A stretch of 64,000 nucleotides of DNA from Microcoleus vaginatus WJT46-NPBG5 (GTDB lineage Bacteria > Cyanobacteriota > Cyanobacteriia > Cyanobacteriales > Oscillatoriaceae): assembly GCA_019359355.1 (NCBI GenBank), contig JAHHHM010000015.1, forward strand, positions 109,147-173,146, written 5' to 3'. Under the pieces are notes generated by a model. That model was not told the origin of the DNA, did no database searches, and saw only the letters and a list, made by a program, of their open reading frames with translations. Shown here one piece after another: positions 1-8,704 of this stretch; positions within the stretch are counted from its first letter, which is position 1; each line of letters begins with the position of its first letter. Both the position numbers and the translations under genes were made by a program.

Positions 1-744
1 ACCCCAGCGCATTAATAAATGGGCCATGCCATTCATTAAATCGATATCCGTTCCCGGTTGGATGGCAAGGTGTAAATCTGCGGCTTCTGCAGTGGTGGTG
101 CGGCGGGGATCGACCACAATCAGTTTGACGTTGGGGTTCTTTTTGTGGTGTTTCCGCAGCCGGTTGAAGAGAATGGGGTGACACTCTGCGGTGTTGGTGC
201 CAATTAGAAAAGCACAATCTGTCAATTCCAAATCTTCGTAGCAACAGGGGGGGCCATCAGAGCCAAAGCTTTGAATATAGCCAGAAACCGCACTGGACAT
301 ACACAGGCGGGAGTTGGCATCAAAATTATTAGTGCCCAAACACCCTTTCATCAGTTTCTGGGCAATGTAGTAGTCCTCGGTTTGAAACTGGCCGGAACCA
401 TACATACACAGGGCATCTGAACCTTGATTGAGGCGAACGGTTTGGATGCGATTGACGATAGCGTTGAGGGCTTCATCCCAACTGACGCGCTGGAAGGGTT
501 TATCAAGCGAGTCGCGCATCAGAGGATACTTCAGCCGGTCTTTTCCTAAAGATTCGGCAATTGTTGCACCCTTAACACAGACCATTCCCTGACTGGAGGG
601 GTGCGAGCGATCCCCCTGAACTTTCCATGTAGGAATGCCTTGAGTGTCTCGATGCGTGGGCTTACCGGCCACTGCTGGCGGCGAAACTTCTAAGCCACAG
701 CCAACACCACAATAAGGACAGAGGGTTTTAGTTGATTCAGTCAT
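1..744 (-). CDS. narB: Assimilatory nitrate reductase NarB, N-terminal part only; the 3' end runs off the window start
   Basis: Reverse translation from the ATG at 742-744 gives [20 protein letters not shown]..., a molybdopterin-oxidoreductase N-terminal Cys4 [4Fe-4S] motif typical of cyanobacterial NarB. It is the last gene of the nir/nrt cluster on this strand. No ORF is listed because the reading frame continues past the window edge. Confidence 0.85.
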   Translation of the reverse strand, partial: MTESTKTLCPYCGVGCGLEVSPPAVAGKPTHRDTQGIPTWKVQGDRSHPSSQGMVCVKGATIAESLGKDRLKYPLMRDSLDKPFQRVSWDEALNAIVNRIQTVRLNQGSDALCMYGSGQFQTEDYYIAQKLMKGCLGTNNFDANSRLCMSSAVSGYIQSFGSDGPPCCYEDLELTDCAFLIGTNTAECHPILFNRLRKHHKKNPNVKLIVVDPRRTTTAEAADLHLAIQPGTDIDLMNGMAHLLMRWG

Positions 745-991
745 AATTCTTTCGACTGAGTTAATAAACAATCGATGCTTGGTGCGAAGTGAAACAAAAG
801 GTTTGGGGTGAAGAATAATAGTGTTCAGGTTTCAGGAAGAGGTTTCTCCTGAGACTTGGCACTTGTTTGCAATTTATAGTTTATCTTTCACGCTTGACCT
901 GTCTCACTTCTGTATCAGGGATCGCATTTGCCGGCACGAATCGTGTATCTTGCAATGTCTTGTTCAGCAAATGCGATTGCTTTTTCTTTGA

Positions 992-2515
992 CTATTCGTT
1001 GTGGTTGTCTATGACAAAGGGCATTGGATCGGCTGCCTCTACCGACGGTTGAGCGGCTTGTCCTTCCTCATAGTGCGCCGCAAACGAGCCTTTCGGTTCT
1101 TTCAGGAAGAAGGCGCACAGGCTGGCGCAGATGAGGGCAGACACACCCATTGTCGTGAACAGCGTCGGGGCGTCTGTCAAGCTGAAAATCGTCAGATAAA
1201 CCACACCGCCGAAGTTTCCGTATGCGCCGACATTTCCAGAAATTTGGCCGGTGGCTTCTTTTTTAATCAAGGGCACAATGCCGTAGGTGGCACCGCAGCC
1301 GGCTTGGGCGAAGTAGGCAGAGAACATCGTCACAGCAACCGCCAGGGGAATCGGCCAGCTTTGATTAATACTGTGTGCCAGCAGATAGCTGAACCCAATG
1401 CCGGCGGTGACGGCGGTCATTGTCCATTTGCGGCTGCCAAATTTATCGGAGATTAAGCCGCCACTGGGACGAGACACCAGGTTTAAGAATGGGTAGCTGG
1501 CTGCAATCATGCCGGCTACAACGTGTTCTAGGGCAAATGTTTGCTCGAAGAAAGCCGGCAGCATAGAAACCGCCGCAAGTTCAGAACCAAAGCTTGTGAC
1601 GTAGCAGAACTCTAGCAGGGCAACTTGACGAAATTCATAGCGTTCGGCTGGCGGGTAGATTTTTTGACCGGCAACGGTTTCGCGGTTTACCTGCCAGGAT
1701 TTGTAGGTTTGGAACGCATATAAACCCGCCAACAGCACCCAGATCACGTACATTTGGCTGGGGCTGAGGAAAGCGATAGCCGGTTGCGCCAAACGCCATG
1801 CCAGTAAACCGAGGGCGAAAATCAGCCCAAAGTTCATGGCGATCATGGCGTAGAAACTTTTGGCGCTCGTTACTTCCAACCCACCGTTGCGCTTAGGTTT
1901 TCTGTAAGTCACACCCGCTGGGGTGTCTTGGACATTTTTGTAATAAATCACGCCGTAGATGGCGGAAACGATGCCGGTGAGGGCAATTGCCAAGCGCCAG
2001 TTTGACGATCCCGCGCCTAGAAAGCCCGCCGCTAATGCAATTGAAGGGAGGGCAAACTCGGCCCCAAATGCGCCAAAGTTGCCCCAGCCGCCATAGATGC
2101 CCTCAGCAATGCCAATTTCTTTGGGGGGGAACCATTCAGACACCATGCGGATACCGACCACAAATCCCGCGCCCACAATGCCCATCAGCAGCCGGCTTAA
2201 CACCAACTGGTTAAAGTCTTGAGATAGTGCAGTGGCTAAACAGGGAACAACCGCAAAAATTAGTAGGGTGGAGAATGTGACTTTTGGCCCAAAGCGATCT
2301 AGGAGCATCCCAATGATGATCCGTGCCGGTATTGTCAGGGCGAGATTGCAAATTGCTATTGTCTTGATTTGCTCTGGGCTTAAACTTAGTTCTTTGCCAA
2401 TAACGGTGGCAAAAGGAGCGAAGTTAAACCAACAAACAAATGTGAGGAAGAACGCAAACCAGGTCAGGTGCAAGATGCGATAGCGTCCCTGAAAAGACCA
2501 TAATCCTTTTAACAT
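992..2515 (-). CDS. nrtP: MFS nitrate/nitrite permease of the NNP family (NrtP/NapA type), 507 aa with multiple predicted TM helices
   Basis: 507-aa ORF made of hydrophobic helices with glycine-rich NNP-type motifs (GGWGNFG, GAYGNFGG). It lies between nrtD and narB on the same strand. Confidence 0.8.
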   Translation of the reverse strand: MLKGLWSFQGRYRILHLTWFAFFLTFVCWFNFAPFATVIGKELSLSPEQIKTIAICNLALTIPARIIIGMLLDRFGPKVTFSTLLIFAVVPCLATALSQDFNQLVLSRLLMGIVGAGFVVGIRMVSEWFPPKEIGIAEGIYGGWGNFGAFGAEFALPSIALAAGFLGAGSSNWRLAIALTGIVSAIYGVIYYKNVQDTPAGVTYRKPKRNGGLEVTSAKSFYAMIAMNFGLIFALGLLAWRLAQPAIAFLSPSQMYVIWVLLAGLYAFQTYKSWQVNRETVAGQKIYPPAERYEFRQVALLEFCYVTSFGSELAAVSMLPAFFEQTFALEHVVAGMIAASYPFLNLVSRPSGGLISDKFGSRKWTMTAVTAGIGFSYLLAHSINQSWPIPLAVAVTMFSAYFAQAGCGATYGIVPLIKKEATGQISGNVGAYGNFGGVVYLTIFSLTDAPTLFTTMGVSALICASLCAFFLKEPKGSFAAHYEEGQAAQPSVEAADPMPFVIDNHNE

Positions 2516-2733
2516 TACACTCCCTTCTTATCTTTAACGATGTTCATTGTTTTGGATTCTTTAAATGTTTGTCCAATTAATTATGACTTTATCTGGTAAT
2601 TTGCAAAGTCTTTTTTTGTCAATTAATTGGTTTTGCAATTCAGGTAATTTACATTTCTATGCTAATTCATCAGCGCCTCTTTGAAAGTCTTGTTCAGCCA
2701 GCTCATCTCTTACAAAAACTATCAGCCCTGTGT

Positions 2734-4131
2734 CTATTGAGAACTTACCTCTAACATTCCCGCCGGGTTCAGCACAACTTTGTACTGAGCGAACGGTTCT
2801 TGGGGAGTGTCACCGGCTTTATTTTCTGTAGACTTGACTAAAGTTGGGAAAGGAGTTTCTTGAAGATAATCCTTTGCAGCTTGATTGACAGATTCGTAGC
2901 TGACAATCTCTCCATCTTTCTTAACCTTGACCGAGTAAACTAAATTTTCTTGAAAGGTCGGAATCTGCTGCCAATTTTGGTCAATTTTGTCGTACAGCTT
3001 TTGCTTCAATTCTGCCAGTTCAGCCGCATCTGTAATGGCTAGATTCTTCACCTCTGGGGTTGTGTTCACAACCGGCTGTGTGGGAGTCGCGGCTGGAGTG
3101 GGAGAGATTGCAACGGGTTGCGCCGGCTGCTGATTCGCAGTTTTTGAGGTAGAAAGCGAGCGCATAAAATACAACCCAGCCACAGCCGCAACCGTCGTCA
3201 GCCCCAAGGCGGCTGAAGCTTTGAGTGCTAGAGCTTTTGAAGCGGGTTTCGAGGCCACTGGCTGCGAATCAGCAGCCGGTTCTTCCTCGGTGTGGGCAAA
3301 CCTGTGGAAAAGGAAATCTAAAGCGTGGTTACGCAAATCGTAGTAGCGCGGGTCTTCCATGATGCTGGCCCGGTTTCTTGGACGATCAAAGGGAATTTCT
3401 AACACTTCGCCAATATTCGCCGCTGGGCCATTGGTCATCATCACGAGCCGGTCAGCCAAAAACAGTGCCTCATCAATATCGTGGGTGATCATCAAGATCG
3501 TTACCCGAAACTCGCGCCAAATTTGCAGCAGTTCTTCTTGCAACTCTTCCTTGGTGATGGCATCTAACGCCCCAAACGGTTCATCCAGAATCAAAACTTG
3601 AGGCCGAATGGCCAGCGCCCGTGCGATTGCCACCCGCTGCTTCATCCCCCCCGACAGTTGACTGGGCCGCTTGTTCGCCGCTTCTGTCAGTCCAACCAGC
3701 GCCAAGTGTTCCTCAACAATAGCCGTTCTTTCAGCTTTAGATTTGTTGGGATACGCCGATTTCACCCCTAAGGCGACATTCTCAAACGCAGTCTTCCAAG
3801 GCAGCAACGAGTAATTTTGAAACACCATCATCCGGTCTGGGCCGGGTTTGGTGATCAGCGATCCCCGCAGTTTCACCTCTCCCTCACTTGGCTTGAGGAA
3901 GCCGGCAACCATATTCAGCAGGGTTGATTTACCACAGCCAGAGTGACCGATCAGGCAGACAAATTCACCCTCATAAACGGTGAGGTTGACATCTTCCACA
4001 ACTGAATACGGCCCTTTGGGCGTTGGGTAAATTTTAGAGACGTTCTCAATAACCAAAAACGGCTCACGGGTAGAGCTTTGAGGTGACAGTTGTGAGGTTT
4101 GAGTTAAAGAGGAGCTAGATAAGGATTGCAT
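2734..4131 (-). CDS. nrtD: Nitrate ABC transporter ATPase NrtD with an atypical C-terminal extension of about 190 aa
   Basis: Walker A GHSGCGKST, ABC signature LSGGMKQR and Walker B LILDEPF. After the ATPase there is a predicted TM helix (LGLTTVAAVAGLYF), a Pro/Thr-rich linker and a roughly 110-aa domain of unknown family. Confidence 0.85.
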   Translation of the reverse strand: MQSLSSSSLTQTSQLSPQSSTREPFLVIENVSKIYPTPKGPYSVVEDVNLTVYEGEFVCLIGHSGCGKSTLLNMVAGFLKPSEGEVKLRGSLITKPGPDRMMVFQNYSLLPWKTAFENVALGVKSAYPNKSKAERTAIVEEHLALVGLTEAANKRPSQLSGGMKQRVAIARALAIRPQVLILDEPFGALDAITKEELQEELLQIWREFRVTILMITHDIDEALFLADRLVMMTNGPAANIGEVLEIPFDRPRNRASIMEDPRYYDLRNHALDFLFHRFAHTEEEPAADSQPVASKPASKALALKASAALGLTTVAAVAGLYFMRSLSTSKTANQQPAQPVAISPTPAATPTQPVVNTTPEVKNLAITDAAELAELKQKLYDKIDQNWQQIPTFQENLVYSVKVKKDGEIVSYESVNQAAKDYLQETPFPTLVKSTENKAGDTPQEPFAQYKVVLNPAGMLEVSSQ

Positions 4132-4136
4132 AATCA

Positions 4137-4164
4137 GGGAATTGGGGATTGGGAATGGGCAGAT
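4137..4164. repeat. STRR1-like heptamer tandem repeat (GGGAATT GGGGATT GGGAATG GGCAGAT) immediately 5' of the nrtD start
   Basis: Direct reading of the sequence. It is the reverse complement of the CCCCA(A/G)T-type heptamers. Confidence 0.6.
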
Positions 4165-4206
4165 GTTTTAACTAAGTGCTGAGCGCGTTGTGTGCTCAGC
4201 ACTGAC

Positions 4207-6219
4207 TCAGGCTGCTTCGGTTGTTGGGGTATCAATATTGACTTCTTCGATGCGAATTTCGCGGTGGATGGTCAGCTTGTTGAGATAGCCGATGGGATCA
4301 TCGGGGTTGAAAACCATACTGTCAAACAGCTGGAAGCAGTGCCGGTCGGGTTCGGTATCGGGCCATCCCAACTGACGGGCGGCTTCACCGTAGAGATCGA
4401 CCCGGCGCACTCGTTCCAGAACTTCGAGCCAGTTTTTGGGGAACGGAGTAATGCCCCAACGCGCAAGCTGGGTTAAAATCCACAACCCTTCGACTCGTCC
4501 GGGGCAGTTGGTTTGTTCAATATGGAATTGGTTAAAGCGGGGGTAGGATTGGGGTTTTTGGCCGGCACCTAAGTTATAGGGATCGATGAAGCCAGGGCGC
4601 GTGTATTCGGCTGCGGAACCCACATATTGGGGCTGACAAAGCCACCCTAAAATTTCTTCCCGGTTGCGCCGGTCATCGCAATACTCGCAAGCTTCTAGCA
4701 AGGCTTTGACGAGGGCGATATGAGATTCTGGATATTGATTAACCCACTCCTCGCGCACGCCCAAAACTTTTTCTGGATGTCCCGGCCAAATATCAAGATC
4801 CGTGGCTATCACGAAGCCCAAATCTTCATAGACAGCGCGAGAGTTCCAGGGTTCGCCTACACAGTAGCCGTCAATATTGCCGGCTTTGAGGTTAGCAACC
4901 ATTTGTGCCGATGGAATAACGGTGAGATTCACGTCTCGGTCGGGATCAATGCCGCCGGCAGCCAGCCAGTAGCGCAACATCAGGTTGTGCATTGAGGCGG
5001 GATTCACGACTCCTAATGTATGAACTTTGTCAACTGATTGGGTAACAACCGCTTTGAGATCAGCGAGGGTGCGAACACCTTGTTGATATAACTGTTTGCT
5101 CAGAGTAATGGCGTTGCCGTTGCGGGCGAGAACGAGGGCCGTAACCATCGGCACCGACCTTGCCAAACCCAACCCCAACGTCATCGATAAGGGCATCGCA
5201 GCGGCCATCTGGGCGGCATCTAAGCGTCCCGTCGCTACCCCTTCGCTAATGGCTTTCCAACTCGGTTCGCGGCTGAGATTAACTTCTTCTAAACCATGCT
5301 TTTTAAAGAAGCCTTTTTCTTTGGCCACCACTAAGGGGGCACAATCTGTGAGGGGAATAAAACCGATGTCTAAATTAACCTTTTCTAAGCCATGACGGGC
5401 AATTGCCACAGATGCCGGTTGCTTGGCTTTGCGGCGCTTGTCGCGTTTCTGCTGGTTTAGGAAGTAGATAATTTCATTCCGCATGGCGTAGTAATTCGGA
5501 TGGTTCACAACCTCCATGCGGTGGCGGGGACGCGGGATAGGAACGTCTAAAATCTGGCCAATGTGAGATTCTGGCCCGTTGGTGAGCATCACGATCCGGT
5601 CAGACAGCAGCAATGCCTCATCCACATCATGGGTGACCATGATGCAGGTGACTTTGCTTTCCTCACAAATTTCCATCAACCGTTCTTGCAGTCCCCCCCG
5701 TGTCAAGGCATCTAAGGCACCAAACGGTTCATCTAATAGCAGCAGTTTGGGGCGAATTGCCAAAGCGCGGGCGATAGCGACACGCTGTTTCATCCCGCCT
5801 GATAGTTCACCAGGTCGCTTATCGGCAGCGTGTCGCAGTCCTACGAGGTCGATATGCTTTTCAATAATGCCCCGGCGTTCTCCTTTGGGAGTGTTCTGAA
5901 ATACTCGATTAACTGCCAGGGCAATGTTTTCGCGCACACTCAGCCAGGGCAACAGGGAGTAATTCTGAAACACAACCATGCGGTCTGGCCCTGGCCCTTT
6001 GACTTCGCGGCCCTCTAAAATAACGCCGCCTTTGCTTGCCCGATCTAAGCCGGCAACGATATTGAGCAAGGTGGATTTCCCGCAGCCGGAGTGGCCGATT
6101 AAGGAAATAAATTCTCCCTTTTTTATTTTCAGTTCAATATTTTTTAGGGCAACGTAGCTGCTTCCATCGGGCAGCGGAAAGGCTTTATCAATGTGATCGA
6201 CTTCTACAAATACGGACAT
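4207..6219 (-). CDS. nrtC: Nitrate ABC transporter ATPase NrtC with a C-terminal NrtA-like solute-binding domain
   Basis: ABC ATPase motifs (GHSGCGKST, LSGGMKQR, LLLDEPF) followed by a roughly 400-aa domain that is paralogous to NrtA (WLAAGGI.PD.DV, CVGEPWN). The start is set at the internal Met (MSVFVEVDH), because the upstream 15 codons of the longest ORF (which runs to 6264) are encoded by the STRR heptamer array. Confidence 0.85.
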   Translation of the reverse strand: MSVFVEVDHIDKAFPLPDGSSYVALKNIELKIKKGEFISLIGHSGCGKSTLLNIVAGLDRASKGGVILEGREVKGPGPDRMVVFQNYSLLPWLSVRENIALAVNRVFQNTPKGERRGIIEKHIDLVGLRHAADKRPGELSGGMKQRVAIARALAIRPKLLLLDEPFGALDALTRGGLQERLMEICEESKVTCIMVTHDVDEALLLSDRIVMLTNGPESHIGQILDVPIPRPRHRMEVVNHPNYYAMRNEIIYFLNQQKRDKRRKAKQPASVAIARHGLEKVNLDIGFIPLTDCAPLVVAKEKGFFKKHGLEEVNLSREPSWKAISEGVATGRLDAAQMAAAMPLSMTLGLGLARSVPMVTALVLARNGNAITLSKQLYQQGVRTLADLKAVVTQSVDKVHTLGVVNPASMHNLMLRYWLAAGGIDPDRDVNLTVIPSAQMVANLKAGNIDGYCVGEPWNSRAVYEDLGFVIATDLDIWPGHPEKVLGVREEWVNQYPESHIALVKALLEACEYCDDRRNREEILGWLCQPQYVGSAAEYTRPGFIDPYNLGAGQKPQSYPRFNQFHIEQTNCPGRVEGLWILTQLARWGITPFPKNWLEVLERVRRVDLYGEAARQLGWPDTEPDRHCFQLFDSMVFNPDDPIGYLNKLTIHREIRIEEVNIDTPTTEAA

Positions 6220-6236
6220 AATATTTTTTGAGGATT

Positions 6237-6336
6237 TGGGAATGGGGCATAGGGCATGGGGCATGGGGAATAGGGCATGGGACTAGAGGCTGGGGGGAAA
6301 GAGAAATGCCCAATCCTCAATCCCCAATGCCCCATT
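6237..6336. repeat. STRR-like heptamer array (GGGGCAT/AGGGCAT/GGGGAAT, 7 copies) followed by an inverted copy (ATGCCCA ATCCTCA ATCCCCA ATGCCCC), forming a potential long hairpin between nrtB and nrtC
   Basis: Direct reading. The two arms are reverse complements of each other. Confidence 0.6.
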
Positions 6337-6340
6337 TCAA

Positions 6341-7189
6341 TTAACCTTGTTTTTGTTCTGCCGGCACGACGATTGAGGCGATGTAGACAATGAGCCGGTC
6401 GAGGAGAAGTCCAACGACTCCGACGTAAATCAGGGCAACGATAATTTGGCTGAGTAAGGTGTTGTTATAGGCGTCCCAGATAAAGAAGCCGATACCCACA
6501 CCCCCGACTAGCATTTCTGCTGCGATAATTGCCAGCCATGATAAGCCGATGCCGATTCTTAAGCCGGTGAATATATAGGGAACTGTGGCGGGGAATAGGA
6601 TATTAAAAAAGTATTGCGGGCCGGATAATTGCAAGACTCTGGAAACATTTCGATAGTCTTGGGGTAATTGCTGAACGCCGACAGTCGTGTTGATAATAAT
6701 CGGCCAAACTGCAGTGATAAATATAACGAAGATCGCGGAGGGATTGCTTTGTTGAAAAGCGGCCAGAGAAATGGGTAGCCAAGCTAAGGGCGGAATGGTT
6801 CGCAAAACTTGAAAAATCGGGTCTAGGGCTTCGTAAAGAAGTTTATTAACGCCGATTAAGATTCCTAAAGCAATTCCCACGATGGCAGATAGGGAGAAGC
6901 CAATGGCAACTCGCTGCAATGAAGCGAAGATTTGCAAGGCTAAACCTTTGTCCGTGCCGCCGTTGTCAAAGAATGGGTTGATAATATACGGGTTCCAAGT
7001 TTCCGCAATCACTTGCATCGGCCCTGGCAATCCTTTTGAGCCGGCGGGGCAAACGATTTGCCAAATTACCAGAATAACGATGATGGCAACCAGGGGTCGA
7101 AGAACTTTTTTAGAGTTTTTTCCCAGATATTTAGTAATGGGATTCTGTGAAGTTGTGAAGCGTCCATTTCTGCTAATGTTGGCGGTCAT
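6341..7189 (-). CDS. nrtB: Nitrate ABC transporter permease NrtB
   Basis: 282-aa polytopic membrane protein with an ABC permease EAA-like loop. It sits between nrtA and nrtC. Confidence 0.9.
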   Translation of the reverse strand: MTANISRNGRFTTSQNPITKYLGKNSKKVLRPLVAIIVILVIWQIVCPAGSKGLPGPMQVIAETWNPYIINPFFDNGGTDKGLALQIFASLQRVAIGFSLSAIVGIALGILIGVNKLLYEALDPIFQVLRTIPPLAWLPISLAAFQQSNPSAIFVIFITAVWPIIINTTVGVQQLPQDYRNVSRVLQLSGPQYFFNILFPATVPYIFTGLRIGIGLSWLAIIAAEMLVGGVGIGFFIWDAYNNTLLSQIIVALIYVGVVGLLLDRLIVYIASIVVPAEQKQG

Positions 7190-7267
7190 TTCGTTTTTTG
7201 GATTGTGCTGGGTGAATGGGAAGCTAGGATTTGGGGATTAGGGAAGTTCCCTTTTCCCCGGCTTTGA

Positions 7268-8602
7268 CTAGACTTTTTTGATTTGGAGACTGCTTAAGTA
7301 TTCTTCGGGTTTTTCGGGATCGAATTTGATGCCGTCAAAGAAAGTTTCAACGCCACGAGATGTGCTGCTAGGAATTTCTGCTTGGGCAACTCCAAGGGCT
7401 TTGGCGGCTTCTTTCCACAAATCTTCCCGGTTAACTTTATCTACAAGTTCTTTAGTTTTTGTGTCAGCCGATATGTTGCCCCAACGAATGTTTTCTGTTA
7501 AAAACCAAAGGTCGTGGCTCTTGTAGGGATAGGAAGCGTTATCTGCCCAATATTTCATCAATAAGGGGCTGGACTGAACGACGGGGCGACCATCGCCATA
7601 ATCAATGTTGCCTTTGGAACGTTCGATAATGTCTTTAGCCGGCACTTTAAACCATTTGGCTTGGGAGACAATTTGGCACATTTCTTCTTTGTTTTCTGCC
7701 TTTTCACACCATTGTTGGGCTTCCAAAATTGCCATTAAGATTGCTTTGGCTGCTTTGGGATTTTTATCGACCCAATCTGCCCGCATGGCAAAGGCTTTTT
7801 CGGGGTGATCTTTCCAGAGTTCTCCAGTCACTAAGGCCGTGTAACCGGCTCCTTGGTTGACCAGTTGGGCGTTCCAGGGTTCACCTACGCAGAAGGCTTC
7901 CATGTTGCCGGTTTTCATGTTTGCCACCATCTGGGGTGGTGGGACGGGAACAACGGAAACATCTTGATCGGGAATAATGCCGCCGGCAGCCAGCCAGTAG
8001 CGCATCCAGAGGTCGTGTGTGCCCCCAGGAAAGGTGACGGCGGCTTTGAGGTCGCCTTTCCCGCTCGATTTGGCTTGTGCGAAAGAATCTTTCAGCCCTT
8101 TGCTGTCTAGACCGACTTTTAATTCTTTGTAGGTATTTGCGATGGAAATTGCTTGACCGTTGGTATTTAATCGCGCCATGAGGTACATGGGCACCGGCTG
8201 TTTGTTTTTGGTTTGTCCCAAGCTCATTAGGTAAGGCATGGGGCTGAGGATGTGCGCCCCATCAATGCCGCCGCCGCCTGAACCGAGTTCTAAGTTGTCG
8301 CGGGTGACGGGCCAAGATGCTTGTTTGACGACTTCCACACCTGTCATGCCGTACTTGGCAAACAAGCCTTTTTCTTGGGCGACAACCAGGGGGGCGGAAT
8401 CTGTGAGGGCGATGAATCCCAGTTTGGCGGTGGTGACTTCCGGGGCGTCGGCTGGGTTGATGTTGGCCGCCGGTGTGGGGGTAGAAGCGGCATTTGTTTT
8501 GCTGGTGTTAGTCGGGCCGGTGCTGCATCCATGAACGAGCAAGGTGCCGGCTGTGGCTGCGCCGGCGGTGAAGATGAATTTGCGTCTGGAAAGTTTCGAC
8601 AT
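7268..8602 (-). CDS. nrtA: Nitrate/nitrite ABC transporter substrate-binding lipoprotein NrtA
   Basis: Tat/lipoprotein-like N-terminus (RRKFIFTAGAATAGTLLVHGCS). Its body is paralogous to the NrtC C-terminal domain (LGFIALTDSAPLVVA, WLAAGGIIPDQDV, CVGEPWN). Confidence 0.9.
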   Translation of the reverse strand: MSKLSRRKFIFTAGAATAGTLLVHGCSTGPTNTSKTNAASTPTPAANINPADAPEVTTAKLGFIALTDSAPLVVAQEKGLFAKYGMTGVEVVKQASWPVTRDNLELGSGGGGIDGAHILSPMPYLMSLGQTKNKQPVPMYLMARLNTNGQAISIANTYKELKVGLDSKGLKDSFAQAKSSGKGDLKAAVTFPGGTHDLWMRYWLAAGGIIPDQDVSVVPVPPPQMVANMKTGNMEAFCVGEPWNAQLVNQGAGYTALVTGELWKDHPEKAFAMRADWVDKNPKAAKAILMAILEAQQWCEKAENKEEMCQIVSQAKWFKVPAKDIIERSKGNIDYGDGRPVVQSSPLLMKYWADNASYPYKSHDLWFLTENIRWGNISADTKTKELVDKVNREDLWKEAAKALGVAQAEIPSSTSRGVETFFDGIKFDPEKPEEYLSSLQIKKV

Positions 8603-8704
8603 CTTGATTTACCCGGTCTTTAGTTAATTTTTTGGTTGTGGTCTTTCAGCAAGCACCGTTTGTTTTCGCATAGCCTTTATGAGGCTCAACACCATAACCG
8701 GCAG

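Noticed and set aside
745-991. Searched the nrtP-narB and nrtD-nrtP intergenic regions (745-991 and 2516-2733) for NtcA boxes
   Set aside because: No perfect GTA-N8-TAC was found, only partial matches. Internal promoters are therefore not claimed.
1001-1456. 151-aa ORF on the plus strand inside nrtP, and many similar antisense or shadow ORFs inside large genes, for example 8766-9179, 9086-9400, 15548-16075, 25561-25830, 36634-37355 and 53626-54009
   Set aside because: They lie wholly within, and antisense to or out of frame with, strongly supported genes. Their composition is Arg/Ser/Cys-rich and typical of GC-rich shadow frames. They have no motifs.
6220-6264. Longer N-terminus of nrtC (MPHALCPIPKSSKNI)
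   Set aside because: It is encoded entirely by the STRR heptamer array. The conserved ATPase N-terminus begins at the internal Met, so it was treated as a repeat-derived ORF extension.
4137-6336. Heptamer tandem repeats considered as possible CRISPR arrays
   Set aside because: The units are 7 bp with no unique spacers of 30 bp or so. They match the STRR heptamer family, not a CRISPR repeat-spacer architecture.
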